DNA of 64,000 nt from a virus. Below the pieces are notes generated by a model, which saw only the letters and a list, made by a program, of their open reading frames with translations, made no database searches and was not told the origin of the DNA. Location of the stretch: IMG/VR virus record IMGVR_UViG_3300027782_003601, positions 96,001-160,000 of that record. One strand, 5' to 3'. This document shows positions 40,001 through 50,964 of the stretch, piece by piece (within the stretch, counting starts at the first letter, position 1; each line of letters opens with the position of its first letter). The translations under genes and the position numbers were made by a program.

Positions 40001-43000
40001 ATTGATTACGGGTTCATTAGGAATAACGGGTTCATTAGTAGTAACGGGTTCAATCATCGCAACAAATGGCATTACGGGTTCAATCGCAGCAACTAATGGT
40101 GTTGTAAGTGGTAGTTCACAAGTAATTGGAATATTAAGTTCATTAAACACATATACTGGTTCAAATGATACTAAGTTTTCTACATTAGCAACTCTTACAG
40201 GTTCAATTGAAACTAAATTTACATCAATAGGGGCAAGTACTTCTTCATTGAATACCTATACTGCATCTACTGATACTAGATTTAGTGCATTACAAGCATC
40301 AACTGCTTCATTAAATGTATATACTCAATCCAATGATACGGTAAATACTACGCAAAATAATAGATTAACTGCGTTAGAAACTGCAACGGGTTCAAACACA
40401 GTTGTATCTCAATCAATATTTTTTATAAACAATTACACTGGTTCCGCATTCTTATCTCAATCGGTTGTAAATGCTAGATTGACTGCATTAGAAATTGCAT
40501 CGGCATCTTTGGAGGTATTTACTTCTTCACAAAATACTAAAAATTTAACTTTAGCAACTTATACAGGTTCTAATGATACAAAGTGGAGTAACTTAGCAAT
40601 TTACACTGCTTCGGTTGATACAAAATTTGGAGCTATCCAATCAACTACGAATTCATTAAACTTATTTACATCATCTATATTGACAGCATTAACTGCAAGT
40701 GGTGTAAACTTGACTGCAAATGGTAATTTAACAGTTCAAGGTAACTTAACAATTGCAGGAACTCAAACAATTATAAACTCTACAACCGTTCAATTGGGTG
40801 ATAATATTATTGAATTAAACGGCTCAAGTGTTGCAAATGGTGGTATTTTTGTAAAAGACCCAACTGCACCAACTACTGGTACGGGTTCATTCTTATGGGA
40901 TTCAACAAACGACTTTTGGAGAGCAGGATTAAGTGGTTCTGAAAGTAGAATATTGGTAGTAGGTTCAATGGGTGTAGTTTCAGGTTCTTCTCAAATTTCA
41001 ATAGCAGGAACATCAGATTATAGTAGTTTGTTTGGTGGAATAGCATCGGCAACTGCATCACTAAATTTATTCACATCTTCGGCGGCATTAAGATTAACAA
41101 ACTTAGAAACTACTTCAGCAAGTGTAAATATTTCATTAAGTAACTTAAACTCATTTAGTGCATCCGAAAATACTAAAGCTAGTACATTATCAACCTATAC
41201 AGGTTCTATTGATACTAAATTTACAGCAGTAGCAGCGAGTACTGCATCACTAAATTTATTCACATCTTCGGTAGCATTAAGATTAACAAACTTAGAAAGT
41301 ACTTCAGCATCTGTTAATATTTCCGTAAGTAATATAAATACTTATACCGCAAGTGTTAGTAATTCAATACAACAATTAAGTTTAAAAACCGGTTCATATG
41401 CAACAACAGGTTCAAACGCATTTATAGGAAATCAAACTATATCGGGTAGTTTAACAATTGGTTCAGCATCAGTAGCAACGGAAAATACATTATTAGTAGG
41501 ACCAGCTCCAGCAGGAGGAAATGGAGAAGGTGGGCAAATTTTATTAGCAGCAAGTGGTGGATTATATACATCCGCTTCAATGTTTGATACTTACCAAAAT
41601 AGATTTAGAGTATTAAGAGGAACTAATGCTGCAAGTGATGCTGAATTTTTAAATATAAATTTATCTACAGGTCAATTAGGATTAAATAAATATACAGGTT
41701 CGGGAGCATTCCCTGGAGCTTCTACTGGATATTTGGCAGTAGATAATGCAGGAAATGTTATAACTGTAACACCAAGCTCAACCGATTTAACTCAATTAAA
41801 TTCATTTTCTGCTTCAGCAGCAATACGATTAACAAACTTAGAAACTACAACTGCGAGTTTAAATATTTCAGTAACAAACTTAAATTCTTATTCAGCAAGT
41901 GTAAGTAATTCAATATTAAATTTAAACGCATTTAGTGCAAGTAATGCAAATACTTCTTTAAACACTTATACGGGCTCTATTTCAGACCCTAAGTTTGTTC
42001 AGATTGGAGCAAGTACTTCATCATTAAATGGGTTTACATCTTCTGCGGCATTAAGATTAACAAACTTAGAAACTACTTCAGCAAGTGTAAATATTTCGGT
42101 AAGTAACTTAAACACATATTCCGCATCAGTAAGTAATTCAATACAACAATTAAATACATTTACTGCTTCAGCAGCAATACGATTAACGAACTTAGAAACA
42201 ACTTCGGCAAGTGTAAATATTTCAGTAAGTAATTTAAATACATATTCAGCTAGTGTAAGTAATTCAATTCAACAATTGAGTACATTCACTGCAAGTAATG
42301 CAAATACTTCTTTAAACACTTATACGGGTTCAGTATCAGACCCTAAGTTTATTCAAATAGGGGCAAGTACTTCATCATTAAATGCATTTACATCTTCTGC
42401 GGCATTAAGATTAACAAATTTAGAAAGTACTTCAGCATCTGTTAATATTTCGGTTTCAAACCTAAATACATATTCAGCTAGTGTTAGTAACTCAATACAA
42501 CAATTAAATACATTTACTGCATCAATTGCACCGAGATTAACAAATTTAGAAACTACTTCGGCAAGTGTAAATATTTCAGTAAGTAATATTAATTCTTATA
42601 CTGCAAGTGTAAGTAACTCAATACAACAATTAAGTTCAAAAACTGGTTCATACGCAACTACTGGTTCAAACTCATTTAACGGAAACCAAATAATAACAGG
42701 TTCGTTAACTGTAACATCATTGACAACAATTGCAACATCACTTACAACAAATAGTTCATCTTTTGTTTTAACAAGTGGTAGTAATTTAATTATACAAAAT
42801 GCAGGATTAGCGGAAATAACAGGCTCATTAAGAGTTTCGGGTTCTACTACAATAACAGGTTCGGTAAGTGTAAGTGGTTCAGTAACTGCAACATCATTTA
42901 CTGGCTCACTATTAGGTACTGCATCTTATGCATTAAATGGTTCATCTAATGCATTTTTATACCAAACTTCATCGGCAGCATCTGTATGGACATTTAATCA

Positions 43001-43583
43001 CTACTTACAAACAAGATATCCTATTATTCAAATTTATGATAATACTGATAGTGTAATTATACCGCAATCAATAACTGCAGTAGATACCAATACAACAACT
43101 ATTACATTCTCATCTGCAAGAACAGGAACGGCAGTAGCATCAAAAGGTGGATATGTGGGTTCGGTTGTAGCATCGGCAACAATCGCATCATCATCAGTAT
43201 CAGCATCGGTAGCAACTACTGCATCATACGCAATATCTGCATCGGCAGCAGCAACTACTTTTTCAATAGGAGCAAGTTCTACAACATATGGTTCTTATAT
43301 TAATACAATTCAAGGAGCAAATACAATTATATCAACCCCAACGGGTTCTTATAGTGGGGCATTCTATAAATATGTTGCAACAAGTGGTTCAAATGCGAGA
43401 GCAGGGGAAGTAATGGCAATTTGGAATAACACAACAACTCAATTTACTGATGTAACTACAAACGATATAGGTTCAACAACAATGGTAACATCATCGGTAG
43501 CATTATCAGCAGGAAGTGCAGTATTAAGTTTTACAACTAATACTAACGGATGGAATATAAAAACTTTTGTAACATACTTATAA
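37017..43583 (+). CDS. Giant (2188 aa) modular fibre protein
   Basis: Mtd-N-like IILKRS..KVP..LGEIAINTYDGKLY; FN3-like YYYKVAALD..LSW..SYRVYR; long TASLN / RLTNLE repeats. Confidence 0.8.
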   Translation: MAQSIILKRSALQGKVPTTSSLSLGEIAINTYDGKLYLNRSGSIQSIQEIITTNVVNTGSITLTQTGSFGELVVSQDGNFQRDLYVTRDVITNGSLDILYDVSASVFLGAIRATNGVISGSSQITSLGFISSSQTINTGSLATTGSNSFKADQQITGSLGVSGDITVLGSVNARQFNIGIISSSVLYTSGSTKFGDTGDDIMSVTGSLQVSGSLTVTGSVTAANGFTGSLFGTASNLSNSATIRTSTAGGHGFGILTPDTTIYLTVGINGGNAIASSGNVSGIRTIPTQTGTGGVVGIYSNPILSGTLPNSSSLTSIQAGVRAANASASYGRALEVISPTINGTSSININTGLYINAQSASGVTTGYGIYQSSSLDLNYFAGNLGLGPNKMFPTAQLDISGSAIITGSLVVTNGITGSLFGTASYALNGSSNAIMYQTASAASTWVFNHFLATPYPVVTVYDNNNSVIIPQSIVSNDSSSLTITFSSARTGVAVASKGGYVGSSVGTATVANALTTARLINGTSFDGTQNITIPNLVSGSTQISLAGTSDYGNLFGGIASATASLNTYTGSVSDPKFGILSVVSGALNQFTASINGWSGSIATTGSNSFRGTQQITGSLSVSAAITGSNGKFTTGISAGQLSTPTISTISASSAGGTIPAGTYYYKVAALDYNGTQTPGSSEVSTTVTGSTSNIFLSWSLIQGASSYRVYRSTTSNTYGSYVAVNNGVNGTFTDTNQAVTSGSIATLNDTGYGFFDASKLRTNNITLVNNGIGQLATITFEKSTDGAAINVAEYSSDSTMFEFKTTDNPDGTGDFFHWFTGDYQNPSSGWKPLKLTNFTNQFVAQNTNFWSSFNLPSNTGYYTTNADTLANATIKADPYTSNSYSLLKDSGTGTGILNVEISGFTGTSMRTYWISIASSTTFDWGINSQTYGTTLGTGVIITGAFQTLDNGLQIKLSAGGHVAGDRWAFRAFPTPKFVIGKSTTGNAPFDLLGNGLITGSLGITGSLVVTGSIIATNGITGSIAATNGVVSGSSQVIGILSSLNTYTGSNDTKFSTLATLTGSIETKFTSIGASTSSLNTYTASTDTRFSALQASTASLNVYTQSNDTVNTTQNNRLTALETATGSNTVVSQSIFFINNYTGSAFLSQSVVNARLTALEIASASLEVFTSSQNTKNLTLATYTGSNDTKWSNLAIYTASVDTKFGAIQSTTNSLNLFTSSILTALTASGVNLTANGNLTVQGNLTIAGTQTIINSTTVQLGDNIIELNGSSVANGGIFVKDPTAPTTGTGSFLWDSTNDFWRAGLSGSESRILVVGSMGVVSGSSQISIAGTSDYSSLFGGIASATASLNLFTSSAALRLTNLETTSASVNISLSNLNSFSASENTKASTLSTYTGSIDTKFTAVAASTASLNLFTSSVALRLTNLESTSASVNISVSNINTYTASVSNSIQQLSLKTGSYATTGSNAFIGNQTISGSLTIGSASVATENTLLVGPAPAGGNGEGGQILLAASGGLYTSASMFDTYQNRFRVLRGTNAASDAEFLNINLSTGQLGLNKYTGSGAFPGASTGYLAVDNAGNVITVTPSSTDLTQLNSFSASAAIRLTNLETTTASLNISVTNLNSYSASVSNSILNLNAFSASNANTSLNTYTGSISDPKFVQIGASTSSLNGFTSSAALRLTNLETTSASVNISVSNLNTYSASVSNSIQQLNTFTASAAIRLTNLETTSASVNISVSNLNTYSASVSNSIQQLSTFTASNANTSLNTYTGSVSDPKFIQIGASTSSLNAFTSSAALRLTNLESTSASVNISVSNLNTYSASVSNSIQQLNTFTASIAPRLTNLETTSASVNISVSNINSYTASVSNSIQQLSSKTGSYATTGSNSFNGNQIITGSLTVTSLTTIATSLTTNSSSFVLTSGSNLIIQNAGLAEITGSLRVSGSTTITGSVSVSGSVTATSFTGSLLGTASYALNGSSNAFLYQTSSAASVWTFNHYLQTRYPIIQIYDNTDSVIIPQSITAVDTNTTTITFSSARTGTAVASKGGYVGSVVASATIASSSVSASVATTASYAISASAAATTFSIGASSTTYGSYINTIQGANTIISTPTGSYSGAFYKYVATSGSNARAGEVMAIWNNTTTQFTDVTTNDIGSTTMVTSSVALSAGSAVLSFTTNTNGWNIKTFVTYL
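41050..42660 (+). repeat. Degenerate coding tandem repeats (RLTNLETTSASVNISVSNLNTYSAS...)
   Basis: About 7 copies of (a/c)gattaac(a/g)aa(c/t)ttagaaa here; same unit at about 47410-48050. Boundaries approximate. Confidence 0.8.
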
Positions 43584-43622
43584 TAATAAACTAAAATACT
43601 ATATTTATAATAAATAATTAAG

Positions 43623-43757
43623 ATGATAATAGATAGTCCAAATTTATCGGGTTCGGTAATAATAAGTGGTAGTATAAATATACAACTACCTGCAACTGGA
43701 AGTAATATTCCTACTACAAATACAATCCTTGCATTATCAATTGCATATGGTGGTTAA
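43623..43757 (+). CDS. 44-aa micro-protein missed by the ORF track
   Basis: MIIDSPNLSGSVIISGSINIQLPATGSNIPTTNTILALSIAYGG*; follows ATATTTATA (43601) and has the SGS/TGS signature of its neighbours. Confidence 0.7.
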   Translation: MIIDSPNLSGSVIISGSINIQLPATGSNIPTTNTILALSIAYGG

Positions 43758-43781
43758 AATAAAAATAAAATAAAAAAATAA

Positions 43782-46700
43782 ATGGCTAAGAAACTAATTA
43801 GAACGTACACATTCACTCCGGCATCAAAGCAGATATCGTTTGATGGGTTTGTTAATTTAACCAATTTAGTATTAATTACCAACACCACTAGAAATACAAT
43901 TATCTACAACTTTGCAGATGCTTCGTTGGGTGGTACATCTACATACAATGCAGCAACAAACAGAACAACTGTTACGTTGACATTTAACACATCAACCGCA
44001 GGACATCTTGCAGCCGATAGTTTAATGATTTATGTAGATGATTTATTTAATACGTTCAGACCAGATGAAGCATATGCCGATGCTACCGATAAGTTAAGAG
44101 TTACAACTCCTCAGGCTTTAATTGATACGGACTTTGAATATGGTACTCAAATTTCTAAGTGGGAAAACTTAGGTATGACAAACAATAGACCATTTGCATA
44201 CGCAGTTCCAACTCAAATTCCAGGTGTTACTGCGATGAGTTTTCCAACGGGTTCTAGAATTGTAACGGCATCGTTATCGGCAGGAAATTTAGCACCGGCA
44301 AATGGTACTCCAATTACAATTCAAGATTCATTTTTAACATTAGCTAATGGTGTATATTTAATTGAAAGTGGTGGATTAACTCCTAACTTTACATATACTG
44401 CAAGAGGTACAAATACAACTGCAATAAGTGGTGTGTTTGACCCAAATAAAACAAATTTATTTAGAGGAACTACATATACATCAGCATCAATTGGTTTAGC
44501 ACCAACAACATTTACTGCAACGGGTTCTTTAATAACTGTTCAAACTTCAGTTCCACATGGTTTACAAATTGGAAATGAAATTGCAATAACTGGTTCACAA
44601 GCATCTGCAAATCCACCAATGGTTCGTTTGTAGTAGCAAACTGTTAAAGACCCAACAACTTTTTGTTATTATGCACCAGTTGCACCAACATCTTTATCGG
44701 GAACTATATCAAACATATTAATTTATGCAAGACCGCAAGCGGCATTCTTACATAGACCTTTTGATGGTGGAGTATTTTTTACATCAAATGGTTCTTCAAA
44801 TTATGAACAAGCAATTAGACAAACAAGAAGATATTTCCGTTATCAATCAGGTAAAGGACTTCAAGTAAGTTCTGGTACAATTTTAAAACCAAACTTACAA
44901 ATTGATTCTTTAACTTCAATTGGTACAACTGTATACGTTCAAACAAAAGAACAACATAATATTCAACCTGGTACTCAAATAACTGTAACGGGTGCAAATG
45001 AATCAGCATATAATGGTACATTCAATGTAGCAAATATTACAGGATTTAATACATTTACTTATACTGCATTATCAACCCCATCATCAGCTACTGCATCTGG
45101 AATTTATTATATAAACCTTTCAAATTGGTACGGAGCAGTAAATAGATTGGGTATGTTTGATGAACAGAATGGAGCATTCTTTGAATTCAATGGTCAAGAA
45201 CTATTTGCAGTTAGAAGAAGTTCAACATTCCAATTGGCAGGTGAGGTAACGGTAACGCAAGGTTCTCAAACGGTAACACAAACTAGTGTATCTTTCCCAA
45301 CAACTTTTTCTAGACAATTAAATATTGGTGATTATATAGTATTAAGAGGGCAATCATATAGAGTACAAGATATTGCATCGGATACATCAATGACTATTAC
45401 ACCATCGTATAGAGGAATGACTTCACAATATGTACTTGCATCAAAAACAATAGATTACAAAGTTCCACAATCTCAATGGAATTTAGATAAAATGGATGGT
45501 ACAGGTCCTTCCGGATATAATATAGACCTTTCCAGAATGCAAATGTTCTTTATAGACTATACTTGGTATGGTGCAGGAACAATTCGTTGGGGATTAAGAG
45601 GAACTGAAGGTAGAATTACTTATGTTCACAGAGCTCCACAAAATAACGTAAACCAAGAATCTTGGATGAGAACCGGTAACTTACCTGCTAGATATGAATC
45701 TAATACAACTCCTCCTATTACGGCATTATCCGCTTCATTAGCAGTTGGTGGAACAACTTTATTTGTTAGTAGTAGTACAGGATTCCCGGTAAGTGGTACA
45801 TTATTAATTAGAAACTCAAATCAATATGAGTATGTAAACTATACTGGAACTGGTTCAACTTCATTTACCGGATTAACAAGAGGGCAATCTGGTTCTGCGG
45901 CATTGGCATTAACAATAGCAGTTGGAGCAAATACAGGTTCTGTAACAGGTTCGGCAAACTTACAAGTAGGACAAAGAATTATTAGTTCTTCTGCATTCCC
46001 TGACGGAACATTTATTACAAATATTAATGGTACTACATTAACTCTTTCTCAGGCATCAACTGCAACAAACCCAATAGTGGTAGCAGCACCAATGGGAGGA
46101 CAAAACTTACCATTTACATATTCGGCAACTGCACCAACTTCGGTAGAATTGGCATATCCAACTTTTGCACCTTCAATATCACATTGGGGTACATCGGTAA
46201 TTATGGATGGTAGATTTGATGATGATAAATCCTTACTATTTACCTACGGACAGATTGCATCATCATCACTTGCAGTTGGACAAACCAGAGCTCTATTCTC
46301 AATTAGAGTAGCACCTTCGGTAGATAATGGTATTCCTGCATCTTTTGGAGCTAGAGAATTAGTAAATAGAGTTCAGTTGGTATTAAGACAATTGGGTGTA
46401 GCGGTTAACTATACACCTGGTTCAGCCGTTCCAAACATTTTGATTAGAGCAAATTTGAACGGAACACCAAATTCAGCTAGTTTATGGACAAACGCAGTAG
46501 GTAATGATACGGGAAGTGTAAACTCATCATTGGCTCAAATTGCAGACCACGCTCGTAGTGTAGTGCAAGTAATTGGTGGTGAAACAACCGCAGGATTCTT
46601 TGTGGAAGGTACTTCAACTACGGATTTATCACTTGTAAGAGATTTGGGTAACTCAATCTTAGGTGGTGGACAATCAACGGCTGATAGAGGTATTTTTCCA

Positions 46701-46796
46701 GACGGTCCAGATGTCATAACATTTACCGCTACTAACGTAGGATTAACTGCGGCAAACATATTTTGTCGTGTATCTTGGACAGAAGCACAAGCATAA
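43782..46796 (+). CDS. Single ~1004-codon virion structural gene locally disrupted at 44618-44640
   Basis: ORFs 43782-44633 and 45147-46796 are in the same frame, which is open from 44637 (HRPFDGG, RQTRRYFRYQSGKG). Only TAG TAG at 44631-44636 intervenes. Confidence 0.75.
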
Positions 46797-46840
46797 CATA
46801 GTAAACTCCATTCGGGGATAGAGAACCGAATATATAACAT

Positions 46841-49800
46841 ATGGCGAATGAATTTAAAGTAAAAAACGGTCTCATTGTAGATGCTGGTGGTGCACAAATA
46901 ACAGGTGGCATCACCGGCTCTACAGACTTTAATACAATTGTAAATAAACCAACTCTAATTAGTAGTTCGGCGCAATTTAGTGGTGATAATATTACGGGTT
47001 CAAATCTTAGAGCAACATCTGCAATTGTTTCACCAAACATTACTTATACAAGCCAATTAGGTACAAATGGTGGTGAAATAAGACTTCAACAAGCTGCATA
47101 TAGAAATGGTAATCAAGTTATATTTCAATATAGTCATAATACAGATTCAAACGGGAGTAGAGATTTAGGATTTCGTAGAAATAATACTGGTTCTTTAGAA
47201 ATATATGATGGTAATACCGTAGATGGTGCAGTAGCAAACAGAAGAGATTTAATTCTAAGAAACATTACAGGTTCCAATGCATTCTTTAGTGGCTCTGTTA
47301 ACATAACTGGTTCATTAACGGCATCATTAGCAAATGGATATACTTGGGTTGGTGATGGTAATAACATTTCTGTTTTAGTAGCAACATCTTCATTTACGGG
47401 TGGTTCAACCGATTTATCCCAATTAAATACATTTACTGCTTCAGCAGCAATACGATTAACAAACTTAGAAACAACTTCGGCATCCGTAAATATTTCAGTT
47501 TCAAATCTGAATACATACTCAGCAAGTGTAAGTAACTCAATACAACAATTAAATACATTTACTGCAAGTAATGCAAATACTTCATTAAATACATATACGA
47601 GTTCAGTATCAGACCCTAAATTTGTTTCAATTGGTGCAAGTACTTCATCATTAAATTTATTTACATCATCTGCAGCATTAAGATTAACAAACTTAGAAAC
47701 AACTTCGGCATCCGTAAATATTTCAGTAACAAACTTAAATAGTTATTCAGCATCTGTAAGTAATTCTATTTTATATGTAAATACCGTTACTGCTTCGTTA
47801 AATACATTTACTGCTTCAGCAGCAATACGATTAACAAACTTAGAAACTACATCTGCATCTGTTAATATTTCAATAACAAATATTAATACATTTACTGCAA
47901 GTAATGCAAATGCATCACTAAATACATATACTGGTTCAATTTCCGACCCTAAGTTTGTACAAATTGGTGCAAGTACTTCTTCATTGAATGCATTTACATC
48001 TTCCGCGGGATTAAGATTAACAAACTTAGAAACTACTTCGGCATCTGTAAATGGACACATTGCAGATATTAATTCTAAAACGGGCTCATACGCAAGAACA
48101 AATTCGGCAAATACATTTAATGGAACACAAATAATTAGTGGTGCATTATATATAACACAAGATTTAGTTGTATTAGGTTCATCATCTATTCAAAACATTA
48201 GTTCTTCAAATTTAGTTATTGGAACTTCATATGTAACATTAAATACATTTTCACCATTATCAAGATATGCAGGATTTAACTTTATAGATAGTGGTTCTGC
48301 TGGTTTATCTGGTTCATTATATTATGATTCAGTAGATGATGAAATAGTATTTGTTCATAGAGGAAATGGAACAAATGTAACATCATCACACATTGTTATG
48401 GGTCCTGAAACTTATGATAACTTAGGTAATGAGACCTATATGGTAGTAAATAGAGTTCCAAAAGTTACTAATTTTGAACATATTGGTAATTCAAATATAT
48501 CCGATACAGGTACTGAAATTTCATTGAATTCTTTAACATCGGTAACGGGTTCATTCATAGTAACAAATGGTATTACAGGTTCAATTAGAGCAACAAACGG
48601 AGTAGTTTCAGGTTCAACTCAAATTAGTTTAGCAGGAACATCCGACTATACTTCTTTATTTGGTGGAATTGCAGCATCTACATCTTCATTAAATACATTG
48701 ACTGCTTCATTAGCAACAACATATGAAGGTAGAGCATCTGCAACTAAAACAATATTTTCAGGTTCATCTCAAATTTCAATAGCAGCAACTTCTGATTACA
48801 CTTCTTTATTTGGGGGTATTGCATCAGCAACTGCATCTTTAAACGTATTTAGTGCATCCGAAAATGCTAAAAATAATACATTAGCAACTCTTACAGGTTC
48901 TATTGAAACTAAATTTGCGGCATTTGGTGCAAGTACTTCATCTTTAAATGCATTTACCGCATCTATTGATAGTAGATTTAGTGCATTGCAAGCATCAACG
49001 GCATCACTAAATGTGTACACACAATCTAATGATACCCTAAATACTACACAAAATAATAGATTAACTGCATTAGAAAATTCAACGGGTTCTTCATATTTTG
49101 TATCTCAATCTGTATATTTAATTAACAACTATACTGGTTCTGATGCAATATCTCAATCAGTTACAAATGCTAGATTGGCATCATTAGAAATTGCTTCATC
49201 ATCTTTACAATCGTTTACTTCTTCGCAGAATACTAAAAATAGTACATTAGCTCTTTATACAGGTTCTGTTGATACTAAATGGTCTAACTTAGCGGTTTAC
49301 ACTGGTTCTATTGATACTAAGTTTTTAGCAGTTCAATCAACTACAAATTCATTAAACTTATATACGGCATCTGTATTAACCGCATTGACAGCAAGTGGTG
49401 TAAACTTGACTGCAAATGGTGCTTTATTGGTAACTTTGGATATTACAGGTTCTACTTTTAGAGGTGCAATTAGAGCAACAAATGGTGTAATTTCTGGTTC
49501 ATCTCAAGTAGTTGGTTCTTCAATCACTACAAATACTATTACAATCGGTTCAACTTCAATTACATTGGGTGGAACTGCAACAACAATAGCTGGATTAACA
49601 TCAGTAACTTCAACCGGATTTACGGGTGCTTTGACGGGTAATGCAGCAACTGCTACTACTGCAGTTTCTAGTCAATTTGTTGATTTATTGGCAGGAAGAA
49701 CAGATTCTACTGCATACCCTGTTTTATGGGGAGTGAGTCAAGGAACTAATGGAACAACAGGTAATCCTAAAACATATGCGTTTTCATGTTCTAGTGTAAC

Positions 49801-50140
49801 TATTACATCATCAACAGGTACTTTAACTGCTTCTGGATTAACAGAAACTTCTTCTAAGAGATACAAGGAAAATATTATACCTTTAGAAAACTCATTAAAT
49901 AAGATAATAAAGTTAAGAGGAGTAAAGTATAATAAAATAGGAAACGATTCCCAAGAAATAGGAGTTATAGCAGAGGAGGTAGAGGAAGTAACACCTGAGT
50001 TTGTAGTTTATAATGATGAAGGTCAAGCAGACTCTGTTAATTATGGTAGAATGACTGCATTATTAATAGAGGGAATGAAAGAACAGCAAAAACAAATAGA
50101 ACAATTAAAAGCAGAAATAGAACTGTTAAAACAAAAGTAA
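46841..50140 (+). CDS. Tail fibre with C-terminal intramolecular chaperone (peptidase S74-like)
   Basis: ETSSKRYKENI..LRGVKY..IGVIAEEV..VNYGRMTALLIEGMKEQQKQIEQLK. Confidence 0.85.
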   Translation: MANEFKVKNGLIVDAGGAQITGGITGSTDFNTIVNKPTLISSSAQFSGDNITGSNLRATSAIVSPNITYTSQLGTNGGEIRLQQAAYRNGNQVIFQYSHNTDSNGSRDLGFRRNNTGSLEIYDGNTVDGAVANRRDLILRNITGSNAFFSGSVNITGSLTASLANGYTWVGDGNNISVLVATSSFTGGSTDLSQLNTFTASAAIRLTNLETTSASVNISVSNLNTYSASVSNSIQQLNTFTASNANTSLNTYTSSVSDPKFVSIGASTSSLNLFTSSAALRLTNLETTSASVNISVTNLNSYSASVSNSILYVNTVTASLNTFTASAAIRLTNLETTSASVNISITNINTFTASNANASLNTYTGSISDPKFVQIGASTSSLNAFTSSAGLRLTNLETTSASVNGHIADINSKTGSYARTNSANTFNGTQIISGALYITQDLVVLGSSSIQNISSSNLVIGTSYVTLNTFSPLSRYAGFNFIDSGSAGLSGSLYYDSVDDEIVFVHRGNGTNVTSSHIVMGPETYDNLGNETYMVVNRVPKVTNFEHIGNSNISDTGTEISLNSLTSVTGSFIVTNGITGSIRATNGVVSGSTQISLAGTSDYTSLFGGIAASTSSLNTLTASLATTYEGRASATKTIFSGSSQISIAATSDYTSLFGGIASATASLNVFSASENAKNNTLATLTGSIETKFAAFGASTSSLNAFTASIDSRFSALQASTASLNVYTQSNDTLNTTQNNRLTALENSTGSSYFVSQSVYLINNYTGSDAISQSVTNARLASLEIASSSLQSFTSSQNTKNSTLALYTGSVDTKWSNLAVYTGSIDTKFLAVQSTTNSLNLYTASVLTALTASGVNLTANGALLVTLDITGSTFRGAIRATNGVISGSSQVVGSSITTNTITIGSTSITLGGTATTIAGLTSVTSTGFTGALTGNAATATTAVSSQFVDLLAGRTDSTAYPVLWGVSQGTNGTTGNPKTYAFSCSSVTITSSTGTLTASGLTETSSKRYKENIIPLENSLNKIIKLRGVKYNKIGNDSQEIGVIAEEVEEVTPEFVVYNDEGQADSVNYGRMTALLIEGMKEQQKQIEQLKAEIELLKQK

Positions 50141-50141
50141 T

Positions 50142-50498
50142 ATGGAAATTAATTATACTTATAAGTTAGTAGGAGTAAAAAAAGTAAAATCATTTGATGG
50201 ATTAGATGATATTATTATCAGTGCGGATTTTATAATAAGTGGTGAAATACCAGGACTACCAAAATTTGATTGGGCATTAGGTAGTGTTCCTGTTGATATT
50301 CCTGACCCGCTAACTTTTAAACCTTTTGCGGAAATAACAGAACAAGACATTATAAGTTGGGTACAAAATTCGCAGCCTATAGCTCATGTAAAGGATAGTT
50401 TAAGAAGAAGTATTAATGAACGATTTAGTGGGATTGAATATGTTGCATGGAATAATGAACCCACCTTTATGGAGACACAAGACCCAATCATTTCATAA
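50142..50498 (+). CDS. Putative fibre assembly/accessory protein
   Basis: FKPFAEITEQDIISWV motif; directly follows the S74 fibre. Confidence 0.55.
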   Translation: MEINYTYKLVGVKKVKSFDGLDDIIISADFIISGEIPGLPKFDWALGSVPVDIPDPLTFKPFAEITEQDIISWVQNSQPIAHVKDSLRRSINERFSGIEYVAWNNEPTFMETQDPIIS

Positions 50499-50501
50499 AT
50501 T

Positions 50502-50963
50502 ATGAGAATAAATAACCAATCATTACAGGGTTATACTGCTACTCAATCATCAACTATAGGATGGAAAGATTGTGCTTGCGGTAAATCTGGTACTGCTACA
50601 TATCAAAATCTTGGTTGTTTACAATTAGCTATAGCAAGTGGAAATCCTGAATTTTACTTTACAACATTTCAAGAAGAAATGGTTTCCAACAATAGTGGAG
50701 CTGATATACGGCATATAGGATGGACTACGGGTTGGAGAGTTAATACAAGTGGTACTATAGATAATCCAACTGGTAATGGAGCTTGTTATTTTATCCCTAT
50801 GCAATACGATACTGATTCTGGTAATACAGACTGGTCTTATTGGGATATAACTACAAGAGCAATAACATGGAGGGCTTCAAGTTCAGCGGCTATATCAACT
50901 ACTGTGCAACGTGTGATTGTGTATAGTGAACGAATAGATTTAATAACATTATCCTGCGTATAA
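50502..50963 (+). CDS. Small beta-rich protein (paralogue 1 of 3)
   Basis: IASGNP; C-terminal VYSERIDLITL. Confidence 0.65.
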   Translation: MRINNQSLQGYTATQSSTIGWKDCACGKSGTATYQNLGCLQLAIASGNPEFYFTTFQEEMVSNNSGADIRHIGWTTGWRVNTSGTIDNPTGNGACYFIPMQYDTDSGNTDWSYWDITTRAITWRASSSAAISTTVQRVIVYSERIDLITLSCV

Positions 50964-50964
50964 T

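Noticed and set aside
44631-44636. TAG recoding (genetic code 15) suggested by in-frame TAG TAG, and by the in-frame TAG between 8961-9629 and 9633
   Set aside because: About 60 kb of long ORFs contain no other internal TAG. Compensating indels explain this site, and the 9633 gene has its own signal-like N-terminus.
41050-48050. CRISPR array
   Set aside because: Repeats are degenerate, in-frame and protein-coding, with no unique spacers.
28031-50140. Diversity-generating retroelement (Mtd-N-like domains, repeated segments)
   Set aside because: No reverse transcriptase in the window. Repeat copies are all coding and differ by synonymous changes at all bases, not adenine-specifically.
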